Numbered from the stretch's first letter, positions 1 to 13,971 are shown. The stretch: 64,000 nucleotides of DNA from Squalus acanthias (GCA_030390025.1 CM059433.1:11906001-11970000), one strand, 5' to 3'. The notes: generated from the sequence alone by a model not told the origin. A program made the numbers and translations.

Positions 1-169
1 TTCCGTGTTATGTCCTTGTAACGACCTCAGCTCTTTGTGCAACTCCTTATCTGACATGATTGGAATTCTTCTATGCCATCAGCTTATCCTGGCTGCTGAG
101 ATCGGCAAACCCATTTCTTTTGTAAAACCATTATTTCTTTTACAATTCACAATTTCTTCCAATTCACGA

Positions 170-1805
170 TTACTTACACTAGTAAACAGCAGTCAACATG
201 GCTTTAGAAGGGGAGGATCCTGCCTGATAAAACCATCCTGATTTCTTTGATGAAGTGACAACCCAAGTGGACTGTGGTAAATCCTACCACATTGCATCCA
301 AAAGGCATTGATAAAGTTCCACATGAAAGGCTCAAGCTCATTGAAACAGTAGTTGGCCATTCAGCCCCTCGAGCCTGCTCGCCATTCAATTAGATTATGG
401 CTGATCTGTACCCCAACTCCATTTCCCTGCATTATTCCTTGATACCCTTAACCTAATAAAAATCTATCGATCTCAGTCTTGAAAGCCTCAATTGTCCCAG
501 CATCCACAGCCTTTTGGGGCAGAGAATTCCAGATTTCTACTACCCTTTGTGTGAAAAAGTACTTTCCTTTTTTCCCTCCTAAATAGCCTAGCTCTAATTT
601 TAAGATTACGTCCTTCGTTCTGGATTTCCCCCATCAGAGGAGATAGTTTCTCTGTATCTACCCTATTGAATCCTTTTAACATTTTAAACTCCTCAATCAG
701 ATCACCCCTTCATCTTCTATAGTCAAGGGAATGCAAGCCAAGTTTATGCAACCTGTCTCATAATTTAATCTTCCAAGTATCATTCTGAAACCCCAGTATC
801 TTTCAAAGCTGCGGGGATTCAGGGTGAAACTTGGGAATGGATAAGAAACTGGCTAAGGAGTAGAAAACAATAGGTACTGATTCGAGGGGTCATGTAGAGG
901 TGGGAGAAGTACTGAGTGGGGTGTCCTCGTGCTCGATGTTGGGTCTACTGTTTCTAAATTACATCAATCAAGTGCATTTAGTGCCGGAACTAAATGCAAA
1001 TTGGTCACATTTGCAGACCAATCAAACTAGGAGGGGAAATGAAAACAGAAAAGGCAGCCTGGAAATTACAGAACCAGTAAAATAAAATATGTGAGTGAGC
1101 TAAATAATGGCAGATAAAATGTAATGCAGATGAATGCAAAGTACCGCATGAAGCAAGGAAATATGGGCGATATATGTAATCTATGAAACAGCCAAGGATG
1201 ATGCTGGAAGAGACCTCGGAGTCTTATTAGACTTAATGCTCAGCAGTGCAGGACGGCAATCAACAAAGCCAATAGTATGTTGAACTACAATAGCCAGAAC
1301 AGTAGAATACAAGTCAATGCTATGGTCAGACCAACACCTCGAGTACCTGCGGCCAGTTCTGGTGGTTGAGAAACAAGGAAGACATTCAAGTGCTGGAAGC
1401 AGTGCAGAGAAGAACCCCAAAAAGCAGACCCCTAGCGTCTGGGGTCCGAGTTATGAGGAGAAACTGGAGAGTCTTCTCAGCCTGGGAAGGAGGCATCTGA
1501 GAGGTGATCATATAGAGGTAGTTGAGGGAATGAAAAGATTAATCCGGAATACTACTTAAAAATAAACTGTGGGAATAAGACAAGTGGACATAGGTTCAAA
1601 CTAGTAAACGGTAGTTTTAGGACTGATATCAGGAAGAGTGATCAACACTTCTGGGCAGAGTGGTGGAGGCAAAGCCCCAAAAGCCTTTAAGAAACAACTA
1701 GATGCAGCAATGGGGGGCAGGGTGGGGTGGGGTGGGGGGGGGTACTTCTGAATGAATGAATTAAGATGGGACAAATGGTCTTCCTCATCCATAAATATCT
1801 TGTAG
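170..1805 (+). mobile_element. Old decayed CR1 RT region with a nested inverted CR1 3' piece (~345-770)
   Basis: SSQHGFRRGGSCL, DKVPH and HLEY remnants. Confidence 0.7.
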
Positions 1806-2207
1806 TCTTGTGAAAATCAGTTGGGCCCCATTACAGATGTGGGATCCTCCCTGCCTGATTTTCCTCTCTGCACCCCACCCGCACGATACTTAACGTCCAG
1901 GTGGTAGAGGCAAAACTCTACCTCTATATCAAGTTCATGAATCTGCAAATAAGATCACATCCTGTCACAGCCTCCTTTCAAAACAAAGTCTTCAATTAAA
2001 TGCAGTTAATTTTTAAGGTATTTTAAATGATTATCATAAATTGACAAAATGTATGAGGTTATGTACATATAATGTCCCATCTGCTCACCTCACAGAGCAA
2101 GGAGACAAACTACAGTACACAGTGGAGAGGAACAAACAGCAAAGGACTGCCACCACCACACACACTTGGAGCAAGGTCCAGCCCATATAGAGATACTTCA
2201 TGACAAT

Positions 2208-2940
2208 CAACAACAACAACAACTTGTATTTATATAGCGCCTTTAACGTAGTAAAACGTCCCAAGGCGCTGCACAGGAGTATTTTAAGACAAAAAATTTG
2301 ACACCGAGCCACATAAGGATAAACTAGGGCAGGTGACCAAAAGCTTGGTCAAAGAGGTAGGCTTTAAGGAGCGTCTTAAAGGAGGAAAGAGAGGCAGCGA
2401 GGTGGAGAGGTTTAGGCAGGGAATTCCAGAGCTTAGGGCCCAGGCAACAGAAGGCACGACCACCAATGGTTGCGCGATTATAATCAGGGATCCTCAAGCG
2501 GGCAGAATTTGAGGAGCGCAGATATCTCGGGGGGGTTGTGGGGCTGAAGGAGATTACAGAGATAGGGAGGGGCGAGGCCATGGAGGGATTTGAAAACAAG
2601 GATGAGAATTTTGAAATCGAGGCGCTGCTTAACCGGGAGCCAATGTAGGTCAGCGAGCACAGGGGAGATGGGTGAACGGGACTTGGTGCGAGTTAGGAAA
2701 CGGGCGGCCGAGTTTTGGATGACCTCAAGTTTACGTAGGATAGAACATGGGAGGCCAGCCAGGAGTGCGTTGGAATAGTCAAGTCTAGAGGTAACAAAGG
2801 CATGGATGAGGCTTTCAGCAGTGGATGAGCTGAGGCAGGGGTGGAGACGGGCGATGTTACGGAGGTGGAAGTAGGCGGTCTTTGTTATGCTGCGGATATG
2901 TGGTCGGAAGCTCATTTCAGGGTCAAATATGACACCAAGG
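2208..2940 (-). mobile_element. L2-clade LINE 3' fragment
   Basis: HAFVTSRLDYSNALLAGLP; (caa)n tail at 2208-2223. Confidence 0.9.
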
Positions 2941-3659
2941 GGTGATGCAGATGGGGAAACACAGAGTGAAATTCAGGGCTGGCAGAGGTGGGAGGCAATG
3001 AGCGGCAAGCAGGTGCCGTGTGGAGGTCCACTGTGCTGCCTTCTTCCCCTTTGTATTGGAACAGACCTTAATGAGCCCACTTTCCAACGGATGACGTTAT
3101 AACACATGGGACTGTGGCAAGCAATCAATTGCCTACATATATATGACAGCACAAGGTGGTATGAATAGGTGACTGGCTGCAACTTGATTGGTGAACACTT
3201 AGAGACAAACACGGGGAATCATAGCTGAGCACTATTCAGAGAGATCCGTGGACATGGGAGGGCATGCTCTCCAGCAGTGGCATGTGTGGGGAAGTATGTG
3301 TGGGGAAGTATGTGTGGGGAAGTGTGTGTGGGGAACTCCAGGAGCAGCTGGGTGCCACTCACATCATAGAAACATAGAAACATAGAAGATAGGAGCAGGA
3401 GTCGGCCATTCGGCCCCTCGAGCCTGCTCCGCCATTTAATGAGATCATGGCTGATCATCCAAACTCAGTACCCTGTCCCTGCTTTCTCCCCATATCCCTT
3501 GATTCCTTTAGCCTTAAGAAATATATCTATCTCCTTCTTGAATATATTTAATGAATTGGCCTCAACTGCCTTCTGTGGTAGAGAATTCCACAGGTTCACC
3601 ACTCTCTGGGTGAAGAAATTCCTCCTCATCTCAGTCCTAAATGGCTTACCCCTTATCCT

Positions 3660-3697
3660 TCACCTGACGAAGGAGCAGCAGCTCCGAAAGCTTGTGA
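3660..3697 (+). ncRNA. Minimal type I hammerhead ribozyme motif
   Basis: tcac CTGACGA a ggagc-agca-gctcc GAAA GCTT gtga: core boxes, 5-bp stem II, palindromic AAGCTT stem III, 4-bp stem I. Confidence 0.75.
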
Positions 3698-3787
3698 TTT
3701 CAAATAAAGCTGTTGGACTATAACCTGGTGTTGTGCGACTTCTCACATTTGTCCACCCCAGTCCGACACCGGCATCTCCGCATCATG
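3661..3787 (+). mobile_element. 127-bp hammerhead-bearing insert (Penelope-like) nested in a CR1 3' end
   Basis: 11-bp TSD cccttatcctt (3650-3660, 3788-3798); second copy at 32538-32658. Confidence 0.85.
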
Positions 3788-5325
3788 CCCTTATCCTTAG
3801 ACTGTGACCCCTGGTTCTGGACTCCCCCCGCCATCGGGAACATCCTTCCTGCATCTAGTCTGTCTAGTCCTGTTAGAATTTTATAAGTTTTAATGAGATC
3901 CCCTCTCATTCTTCTAAACTCTAGCGAATATCAGCAGCAGTTCACATTGCAATTTTAACCCTTCCAACAACAGCAGTAATCAATCAGTGCAACCTGATCA
4001 CTGAGGGTCTCCAGAATGTGAACAGTAGCCTGCAGCCTATGATAGAATTACTCAGGTATTTGTAGTTAGCAGTGACACGGTAAAGGTTACAGGAGTTCCT
4101 AATCAAAGACACGCTTTAACATTTCTTGCCAGTGACTGAGCTGAGTCTTGCTCTTTAAGGAAGGTGAAAGGACATAGCTGAAGGGTACAAAGACTTGAGT
4201 TATAGGAATTAAATAGTTGTTGATTATATTTCTACCGTTAGGTACAGACAAAGCGTTTAAATTCCCACTTATTTACTATCGGTGAAGAATTAACCCAAGA
4301 GTTGACCTAACAAAGGAAATCTACATTTTTTTTCCATGCTCCCTATCCTCAATTGCAAGAGGGAACGATTATTTAAAGATTAACCTGTTCCTCATTTGAA
4401 AGCAATCACTAACTATATTAACTAACTAAAACAGCTGCACAGCCTAAGAGGAAGACATAAATCTGTGAAAGCCCTGAAGTTGCTGCCTCATGCAGCCATC
4501 CTTGAAGCAGCCTCCTAACAGAACAAACAACTGCAAAATAGCAATTCTGATTCCTGAGAGAGATCTGCAATATAGTACATGAATAAACCCATTCATTACC
4601 CCCACTGTGCAGGATTCTAAACAGGCAAGAGCTTTAGAAGTATTAGATGATCCTGAAGAATGCCCACCAGAGAGTTAAGACCACTACATGTAAAAAGTAT
4701 ACAAGGTTTCCACTCGTAGTGGAGCAGTTTATGGAAGACACCTCCCTTTTCTAACTAGACATGCAAACCATTATATTTGGTCTATTTACTGAGTTCCAAG
4801 CAGTTTTTACAAAAAAAGAGGGCCTGCTTAGAATGTTTGTTTAATGGTGAAATTCCCTTGATTGAGCAATTTGAGCAGTAAGGAGACTGACATAGAAAGT
4901 AAAAGAAATAAGAAAGAAAACATTAACTGATTTTGGAATCGTGTGGGCAACCCAGGGAGCAAGAAGAACATCTCTTACTCCAGGAGGGCAGAAGCTCATT
5001 GTCTTCATAGGCCACTTAAAGTGCAGATCATGGAGCTTGGGGGAGGCGCATATAAAGCTTAAATCAGAGTTCCCGTTAATTGATCTATATCTCAAGTTAC
5101 AGATACTCAGTATTCTCATGTCGGAGGTAGCCACCAAAGAGGCAACAGTGCGAAGAACACCCACTCAAACAGGACAAAGAGGTGAATAAGAAATACAAGT
5201 ACAGATAGGACTGAGTTAACCTGGGTATTGTGGGCCAGACTGTCAGGGTGAAAGGACAATATTTCCAATGGGATATGGTTTTAAAAAATTACAAAATGGG
5301 TGTTAATAGATTTTTAAGACTCAGA

Positions 5326-6214
5326 GGGGGAAAAATTCAATTGGTTGCGCCTCCCAGTAGCGCCTTAAGAGGGCGCTAATGGGGCGCAAAGCAACTGGCA
5401 CCTGGGCATGGCGATGTTTGTGCCGCTCGCGAAATTAACTAGACATTTTGCGTCGGCGCTAAACACTACCGCCACGATCTCCTTTGCCGGCAGATCATGA
5501 TGTCAGTCGAGTGCGCAACGCCCCGGTAGCGCCCCGGAGCGGATATTGAGTGGCGCCCCCTGCCTTACCGCCTGCTGCTAGCAACGACAGGTTGAGGGGA
5601 GCGTTTGCAGTCAGGAAGGGACTGGGGGAGCGCTATTTAAAGGCGACCGCTTCCTGCCTTTTTCTGTTGGTGACATTTTTGAACCACGCATTCTGAGAGA
5701 GAGAGAGACTTCTGGAGAGATTCAACGCTGTGTGAAGGAGTTTTGGGCACTGAGCAGCACTTTGCAGGTTCATTTTGATTTGCCCTTCCTTGTATCGATT
5801 TAGAAGAGACTGTGGGGGCTGCACTCTGCGCTCTTTCCCTGGTTCTCTCCATTGTTGTTTCCAGCAGATTTGATGTACAGGTCTCTCCAGGCTGAGATTC
5901 AAGGCTGCAATGAGCAGGATGTGGATGGAAAGCAAGATCAACCCTCCCCTTTAAGAACTGGCCGGCGCCATTGTGTCTGTGTTCCATTGCTGACTGACAT
6001 CACATGAGCTTCGCCAGCGCTCTGAGTTAGCGCCTCGCTCCTCGGCCTTTGCGCCTTAAGACAGATGTGTAGCGCCTGATTTAGCGCTCCAATCACCTCC
6101 AGGGGCGATAAAAGTCAAGTTTGCAGTCGGAGGCGATAATTAGCGCCAGGCGCTAATCTTTGCGCCCGGCCGATAATTGCGCCCCAAACGGGGCGATACC
6201 TGAATTTTTCCCCC
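5326..6214. mobile_element. Harbinger-type MITE
   Basis: 14-bp TIR GGGGGAAAAATTCA / TGAATTTTTCCCCC, 3-bp flanking duplication aga, GCGCC-rich subterminal motifs. Confidence 0.8.
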
Positions 6215-7113
6215 AGAAGATTTAGGACCCTTCCCCTTAAAACCCCAGAGGTTGGCAGAGCAATAGACTCCAGCAAGCAGCCATCCTGTGCCATGACCAT
6301 AGTGAATTCAGAAGGGAGAAAGGAGAAATATACATCTTACAGTAGAGTGGGAAGAGCCAGTTAAGACCACACATTATACCACAGCTTTTTGCTTTCAGTA
6401 CCTACAAATGTAAATTGCCAAATCCAAAGCCAGGCAGAAGGTGCAATCAGGGTGGGATCATGGTTTGCATTCTGAGCTTATACTGCTGATGATGGAAATT
6501 CTTTGAAAACCTTAAATTGTTTTAATAAATTATTGCCTTCATGTCACAGTTTTTTTTTAAATAGACATTTGCTGTATTTTAGTAACTTCCAGACAACCCT
6601 CGCAAAACCCAGATTATCCAGTCCTAACTCAGACTGGCTTGCAACCCGAGATAAATGGCATTGCCAGGTGAGTCCAACTCTTTTTTTCAATGTGCTTTTT
6701 CCCCTTTCTTTTCTTGGGTCTTCAGCAGTTGGGCAACCTGTTTCGGTGTCTCAAACTTCCGTCAGCCACTAGGAGATGTGCGAGTGGTCAAATTGACTCT
6801 CCCCGTTCCTGTGATGACACAACGGAGGTTGATAACTCAGGTAGTTAGAGAATCGTGCCGCACAGTAGGAGGCCATTCAGCTCGCTGTGTCTGTGCCGGC
6901 TCTTTGAAAGAGCTACCTAATTAGTCCCGCTCCCTGCTCTTTCCCAATAGCCTTGCAAATTTCTCCTTTTGGTAGTGACAAATTACCAGTGAACCCACTT
7001 CCGAATCGTTCGCAGTTAATAATTTTGGGCTCCAATATGGCTTTATGACCATAATTGCTCACTTCCCCACTGTGGGTAAAATCTGTGAAAGTCCCAGTTC
7101 TATCTTCATATAC

Positions 7114-7241
7114 CTTAGTAATTGGCAGCAGTAATTTCCATTTCAAACCATGACAGCTTTTCCACTTCATGCCAATGTTCTTCTTCTCCTCTTCTGGAGT
7201 TATGGCACAGCCTTCAATTTTGCAACTATCTGGGAAGTTAC
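7114..7241 (-). CDS. ALLC: Allantoicase coding exon 10 (GNFPDSCKIEGCAITPEEEKK...KWKLLLPITK); terminal exon not found in window
   Basis: catcag/gtatat sites, 128 nt; GN.PDSCK and KW..LLP.TK motifs. Confidence 0.94.
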
Positions 7242-7361
7242 CTGATGACAAAAAGATTAAGAATGTGTTGCTTAAGTACGTGGTTCACATTTTCACCCCA
7301 GTAGAGCACACCCCAATGCTGCTCCGCGAAGGCTGGCACTGTTAAAGCTGCTGCAAACTAT

Positions 7362-8100
7362 GGGGGGGCAATTTAAACCCCGCGCCCCCCCCCCCCCCCG
7401 CAGGACGGGTTAAATTCTTAAAGACGGACCCCAAGCCGCCGCAAACGCACCCACTTCCAGTTTAACCAAGGCGGGTTGGGGGGTCAGGCAAGGAACCTGC
7501 TTTCGAGAGGCTGCCATGTGGATTTAACGGCTGCGGGCCAGGTTTCCTGGGGCTCGGGAAACCTGGCAGCTGAAGGGAAGCAAGAATGCCGGATTCAGCA
7601 CCGCTCATGGGCCAGGAGTACTTCCAACCACGCCCCCCCCCCCCCCGCTCCGCCCCCAAGCTAACCTGCCGCGATCTGCCCAGCTCCCCACGATCAGCTG
7701 ACCTGCACCTCCCCCCCCATCTCCAGAACCCCCTCCCCGCGTACTGATGTCCCCCGCGATCTGACGTCTCCCCTTCCACGATCTCTCCCCGTCCCCAATC
7801 TCCACACTCCCCCTAGATCTCTCCCCGCCCGCCACAATCTCTAACCCCCCCCCCCCCGATTTCCGCCGACCCCCGCCGACCTCGCCCCCTGTGATCTCTC
7901 CGGTCCCTGGCTACGGCCTTGTACAGCAGGCCTTCCCACCCGCCAGCCAGCCAGCCTCTCAACCTGGCTGGCTGCTGTGTGGGAAACTTTGTGGGAAAAA
8001 AAACGATTCAAATGAGGTCCTGCCATTAAATTCGGCAGGACCTCCGTCTTTCCTGGCTACTGACAGTCGCCACTGCTCCCTCCCCGTAAATATCGGGGCC
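7362..8100. mobile_element. GC-rich MITE-like element
   Basis: Imperfect ends ggggcaattta / taaatatcggggcc; C-rich interior; similar layout to 21173-22029. Confidence 0.6.
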
Positions 8101-9104
8101 ATTGACTTTAAAATTCATCTGCGACAAGCATCTGTGGGACAGTGCTGTGGTCCGTGGATCACAGACATACAAATATAGATCAGAATGCTGCTGTGGGGTT
8201 TACACTGTGCTTCATTTACAATGTGACACCGTCAGCGAATACAATGGGCTGCCAGCTAAGTGCCTGACTCAGGAATTCACACAGCAAGCTGCATTCTGGA
8301 GCTTACTTAGCTCACACTGGATTCACTCTGAAATAGAAACAAAGGGAAGACAGGAAGGAGTCTGCAATCCATCCGGCCAGTCCCCAAAAACTAACAGCTC
8401 GCAATTCACCACTCCCTCAAATATCTATCTAGTTGTCCTTTAATTTTTTTCCAGACAATCTACTTTCCAACGGGCTTCCTGGGCAGTCCATTTCACATGT
8501 TCAGCACCCTCTCCGTGAAGTAGTTGCAGCTAACCTTTTTGCGCACTTCTCCCTCTTGAGCCTACGACCCTAGTTCTAAAGTTTGTGGCAATTTAAATGG
8601 TATTATCAGGGTTCAATGTATCTGTTTCTTTAAAAATATTGAATACTTGAATAATATCTCCCCTGAGCCTTCTCTTTTTCAGAGAAAACAATCCCAGGAT
8701 CTTTAACTTACCCCATATCTCAGATGCCTTAAGTTCGGTATGAACTTGGTCAGCCTTTTCTGCACTGTCTTCATTAACTAAATTACAGAATTGTACACAG
8801 TACTACAGTGGATATACCAGTGCCTTGTACAGAGTTCTAATCACCTGCTGAGATTTATCCTCCATCCCTCTGCCGATATATCCCAAGATACGGTTAGGCT
8901 TTATTACTGCTCCCGTACACTTGGTTTCAGGGAGCTATCCATCGATACCCACAAATCCCTCTCCTATGTTGTGTCCTGTGGTCATTTAGTTTATATTCCG
9001 CTGATTATTTCCCTTCCCTGGTCTCACTACTTTGTATTTGTCCACAGTAAATGAAATTTGCCACTCATCAGCTCATCTCCCCAACCAATCCAGATCTTTC
9101 TGTA

Positions 9105-9526
9105 ATAAAAACAGAAAATGCTGGAAATACTCAGCATCTGTGGAGAGAGAAACAGAGTTAACGTTTCAGGTCGATGACCCTTCGTCAGAACTGGGAAAAG
9201 TTGGAGATGGAACAGGTTTTTAAGCAAGTGTAGGGGCAGGGAGAGGGGGAGGGGAGGAAAGAACAAAAGGGAAGGTCTGTGATAGGCTGGAAGGCAGGAG
9301 AGATTAAGAGACAAAAAGGGATGATGGTGCAAGGTAAAAGGAAATGGTAATGAGACAAGTTAAGAAACAAAAGATGACTCTAGATGAAGTGTAAATGGCA
9401 CTGGCAAAATCATCGACAGCTGCCATGTGAGAGAGAGAGAAAAAAAGCTAAGGGCAGAGGTTATGGTCTGAAATTGTTGAACTTGATGATGAGTCCAGAA
9501 GGCTGTAAAGTGCCTAATCGAAAGAC
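9105..9526 (-). mobile_element. Penelope-like 3' fragment nested in an old CR1
   Basis: Reverse-complement match to 34970-35378; 9-bp TSD ctttctgta (9096-9104, 9527-9535). Confidence 0.85.
9156..9192 (-). ncRNA. Minimal type I hammerhead ribozyme motif (Penelope terminal repeat)
   Basis: Minus strand: agtt CTGACGA a gggtc-atc-gacct GAAA CGTT aact. Confidence 0.7.
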
Positions 9527-11154
9527 CTTTCTGTATTCGGTTCCCTACTGTTTGAAACCCATTCCTCAATTTGGTGTCATCGGAAAACTTTTGTTTCTGT
9601 CTCCAGCTGCAAATCATTTATGTACAGGGGTGTACACTAAAAACAACAATGGCACCATCACTGCTAGTGACCCTTAGCCATACCCGACTACCCCACCCTC
9701 CCCTCCGCCCAACTGGATAATAAGCACCCCGTTACCACCTTATGGGATCTGAGCTCTTTTCCTTAGGTATACATCTCAAATTAGGTCTTCCTAACTTGTG
9801 GACCAGTTGATGGTCTGGCACGGTATCCAAACGTTTTGCTGAAATGCTAAATATATCACATCCACAAAAAACTCCATTGTAATTAGGTCTTTAATTTCCT
9901 CAAAGAACTCCAGTACTTTTTTTAGACAAGACATGCGTTCCATAAATCCCTGCTGACTCGCTCTGACCACAGAGTACCTATCCTTGAATCAGCCCCCCGT
10001 GTCTTTACCAAGGCAAAGTCTGCTCATACACCAGCCTTCGCTAAAGGATAGTGGCTGACATTTTTGTGATACTGCCTGTACCTTGGGTAGTACCGAATTC
10101 TGAACGTCCACCTCCTACACCTATGGATTTCCCCTGTTCATGGTCTTCTGCTCCTCCTCCCCAGCTTCTCCCATATGTCCTGCCACAGACTTGATGCTGC
10201 TCCCATCCTGCTTGAAGTCTCCTGTTGCCAATGGCCAGAAGGTATGCAACAGCTTTGCTGATCACTCCCTCAGTTGCTTAAACTTCAGGTTGAAATAGAA
10301 GTAATTAGCTCAATTTGAGAAAGCAATAAATTTGTAAGAAATTTCGACGCTTCCTTTTCATTGCTGTTTAACAGCAGATAACTATGGAAAATGCAGGCCG
10401 AGAGTTATTGTGAATTGCACTATTGATCGCAGGAACTTGCACTCAAGTTAACGTATGGTACTTTAACACAAACACCTACATTTTACACACATTCAGGGTA
10501 TGCACTACCAGTAACTCCTAGAGGAAAATTCGAGGACTGTTTCCCCGAACGGGCATTGCCGATGAAGAGCAGCACTCATAGGGAGCACTAGTCGGGAAAT
10601 TGCAGGACCACAACCTGTTATTTTTCATCCATTTAAATTAACGGATGGAAAATTAGAGGGTAGGAGCCCATCATTTCCCAACCAGCACACCCTGTGAGTG
10701 CCGCTCCATGCTGGGTGTACCCGATCGGGAAATCAGCATTTAGTTCCCTTTTGCTGAGAGGAAGGTAACTCTAGCCATGCATGGTAAAAGTATTCTTTTT
10801 TTTATTCTGTTTATGGGATGTGGACGTCGCTGTGAAGGCCAGCATTTATTGCCCATCCCTAATGGCCCTTGAGAAGGTGGTGGTGAGCTGCCTTCTTGAA
10901 CCGCTGCAGTCCGTGTGGTGAAGGTACTCCCACAGTGCTGTTTTTTGGTTGAAAGCATGAGTGAAGTTGTCACTGGCTCCGAGATAGGTGTACTCAACAA
11001 CACTCAAAGGAAATGTCTGCACTGTAGAGAATGGTACCAACTGTATATCGCTACACAAACTTTTATTTCAACTGTCAAAAGGAAAATGTAGACATTTAGT
11101 GGAAGCAGGGTAAAGCCAGCTTCCAAATTCTGAAAATGGTGCATTTTCTTCGAT

Positions 11155-11692
11155 TAGTGGCTCAAGGAGTAACACACTCACCTCTGAGTCAGAATTTTGT
11201 GGATTCAAGTCCCGCTCCAGAGACTTGAGCAAAAAATCCAGGCCGACGCTCCCAGTGCAGTACTGAGGGAGTGTTTTGGATGAGATGTTAAACCGAGGTC
11301 CCATCTGCCCTTTCAAGTGGATGTGAATGATCCCATGACATTATTTCGAAGTGGTGCAGGGGAGTACTCCCCAGTGTCCTGGCCAACATTTACCCCTCAA
11401 CCAACAACACGAAAACAGATTATCTCGGGACATAGGAACAGCAGTAGGCCATTCAGCCCCTTGTGTCTGTTCCGCCATTCAATTAGATCATGGCTGATCT
11501 GTATCTTAACTCCATCTACTCCATCTAACCTATTATCTGGTTATTATCTCATTGCTGTTTGTGGGAGCTTGCTGTGTGCAAATTGGCTGCCGTGTTTCCT
11601 ACATTACAACAGTGACTACACTCCAAAAGTACTTCATTGGCTGTAAAGCGCTTTGGGATGTCCTGAGATCGTGAAAGGCGCAAGTCTTTCTT
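11155..11692 (+). mobile_element. Deu-domain SINE with a nested CR1-tail fragment (~11430-11520)
   Basis: A/B boxes, Deu core and tail; more diverged or partial copies at 19330-19765, 29495-29830 and 41845-42215. Confidence 0.8.
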
Positions 11693-11803
11693 TAGTCACA
11701 CCAGAAGTTGTTTGCCTTGAAATTAGGTTCCATGAAAATAAGGGAACAAACACATCTCAATTATATGAAATTCCTTTGTCTCCAATAGTAAAGAAGGCTC
11801 TAA

Positions 11804-12532
11804 GGGGGAAAATTTCGGTTGATTTGCGCCTCCCATTAGCGCAATGAAAGGCGCTAACGGGGCGCAAAGCAACTAGTGCCCGGGCGCAGCGTCGCTAACG
11901 CCTCCCGCGAAATTCAGCGGGAAGTTAGCGGTGGCGGTAACCGTTAGCGCCCCGCGGTGCTGCGCCGCCGGCGATGACGTCATCGTTGTGCACAGCGCCC
12001 TGCTCGCGCCCCGGCCACGATCTTTGGTAGCGCCCCCTGACTTACCGCCGGACGCTATGTCCGACAGGGTCAAGGGGGCCTACCTGTGGCCGGGGCGGCG
12101 CAAATTAAAGGGGAGGTGCCGGGTGGCCATTTTTGTTGCTGGCTGCCTGCCAGCACCTGCCCCCGTTGTTGTCCCCGGCTTCCTGTGCAGCCCCCCCCCC
12201 CCCCCCCCACAGGGTGCCGGGCTCTTTGGCCGGCACTCCAATCCCTGGTGGCCCAGCTGGGCCCCGAGTCGCGCTGCGCTAGGCCCCTCCCCTTTAATAA
12301 GGGGAGGAAGGCCTGCAGTACCGCGACGCAACGTGCCGCAGCGCGTGGTGCTGCTGCACGTAGCGCCGCAATATTCACTCGCAGCATCCCAAGAGGGAGG
12401 CAGGGGCGCTTCCAGTAGTGCCCTGCCTCCCTCTTGGGGCGCTACCAGTAAATTTCGGGCACGGGGGCACTAACTTTTTAACGCCCCGGCAAAGTTAGAG
12501 CTCCAAAGGGGGCGCGACCCAATTTTGCCCCC
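11804..12532. mobile_element. Harbinger-type MITE
   Basis: TIR GGGGGAAAATT / AATTTTGCCCCC, TSD TAA. Confidence 0.85.
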
Positions 12533-12609
12533 TAAGATTTTAAATAAGCAATTGTACATTGATATTCAAGGATCTTTATTTCAAGGTATTGATGTGATAA
12601 AATCTGCTA

Positions 12610-12753
<144 letters not shown>

Positions 12754-12893
12754 CTAGAAAGATAAAAGTACAAATATCCAAAATCAGTCAAAATCATGTT
12801 TGGAAACAAGAGGTTAGAAAAACCAGCAGCGTATATGTGAAACAGAGTGAGCCGCAAAACTGAGCATCACTGGATGGACCATTGGTTTCCTAC

Positions 12894-12967
12894 CTTTAAT
12901 ACTGCTGGTCTGTCCAATCGCCTGGCTGTTTCCCATCCATCAGACATAACGCTGGATCTTCCAATGC
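12894..12967 (-). CDS. ALLC: Allantoicase coding exon 8 (GIGRSSVMSDGWETARRLDRPAVLK)
   Basis: ctgaag/gtagga sites, 74 nt; second-repeat motif DGWETARRLDRP. Confidence 0.96.
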
Positions 12968-13644
12968 CTTCAGAGATATGGGTTTTGAAAAGTTATGAAT
13001 ATTAAATTAGTAAAGAGAGAACTTCAAGCAGAGAAAGGATTATTTAATTTGGCTTTACTGAAAATGGTACGAGAAAAAAAGTCTCATCTAAATCGTCAAG
13101 CAACATTAACCTATAATATCTGTGGCTAGTCTGTCTCATACACACCATTAGCAAAATGGCAGAGAAACTGTTGAATGTACAAAAAATGAAATTTTGGTGA
13201 CATTAAAATCAATATACCATGGGACAGTAGTTAAGGTTTTATTTTTATGAAATGTATATTTAAAATAATATATATATTTATATATATAAGTATGCATTGG
13301 TGGTTAAAGAATTACTATTACTGTTGATAGTATTGATTTTTTTACTAAGAATTAGCCAAATAAAATTGTGTAATTTCTTTTTAAAGTAATACAATTAGAA
13401 ATGGTGTAAGACTCCTGTTATGCCTGACAAAACTGCTGTGTTAAAGGCTGTAGCTGCAAATTCCCATTCACTGCCAATTACTATTTTTTAGGCAGTACAA
13501 AGTACAGCAACTGATGTACATGAGACTGATGATAATCAGAGGAGAGGCTGGACTGGCCTCATTAGGGAATTGATTCCCTAATTTTTTAATATGGAAAGTA
13601 CTCTGAAGATGATTGAGAGAACTTTAAATACGTGAACCTTCTTA

Positions 13645-13971
<327 letters not shown>

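Larger units (their letters stand above)
3364..3930 (-). mobile_element. CR1 3' fragment
   Basis: MRGDLIKTYKIL...RRNFFTQRVV; (catagaaa)n tail; near-identical to 16600-17012. Confidence 0.9.
8420..10010 (-). mobile_element. Old decayed CR1 fragment
   Basis: FSDDTKL and other RT remnants on the minus strand; hosts the Penelope insert. Confidence 0.6.

Noticed and set aside
1..7113. Final ALLC exon
   Set aside because: No PDGG.SRLR-encoding segment found by eye on the minus strand; it probably lies outside the window
11931..12473. 180-aa ORF and overlapping GC-rich ORFs
   Set aside because: They lie inside a TIR/TSD-bounded MITE, have low-complexity translations and show no recognisable domain
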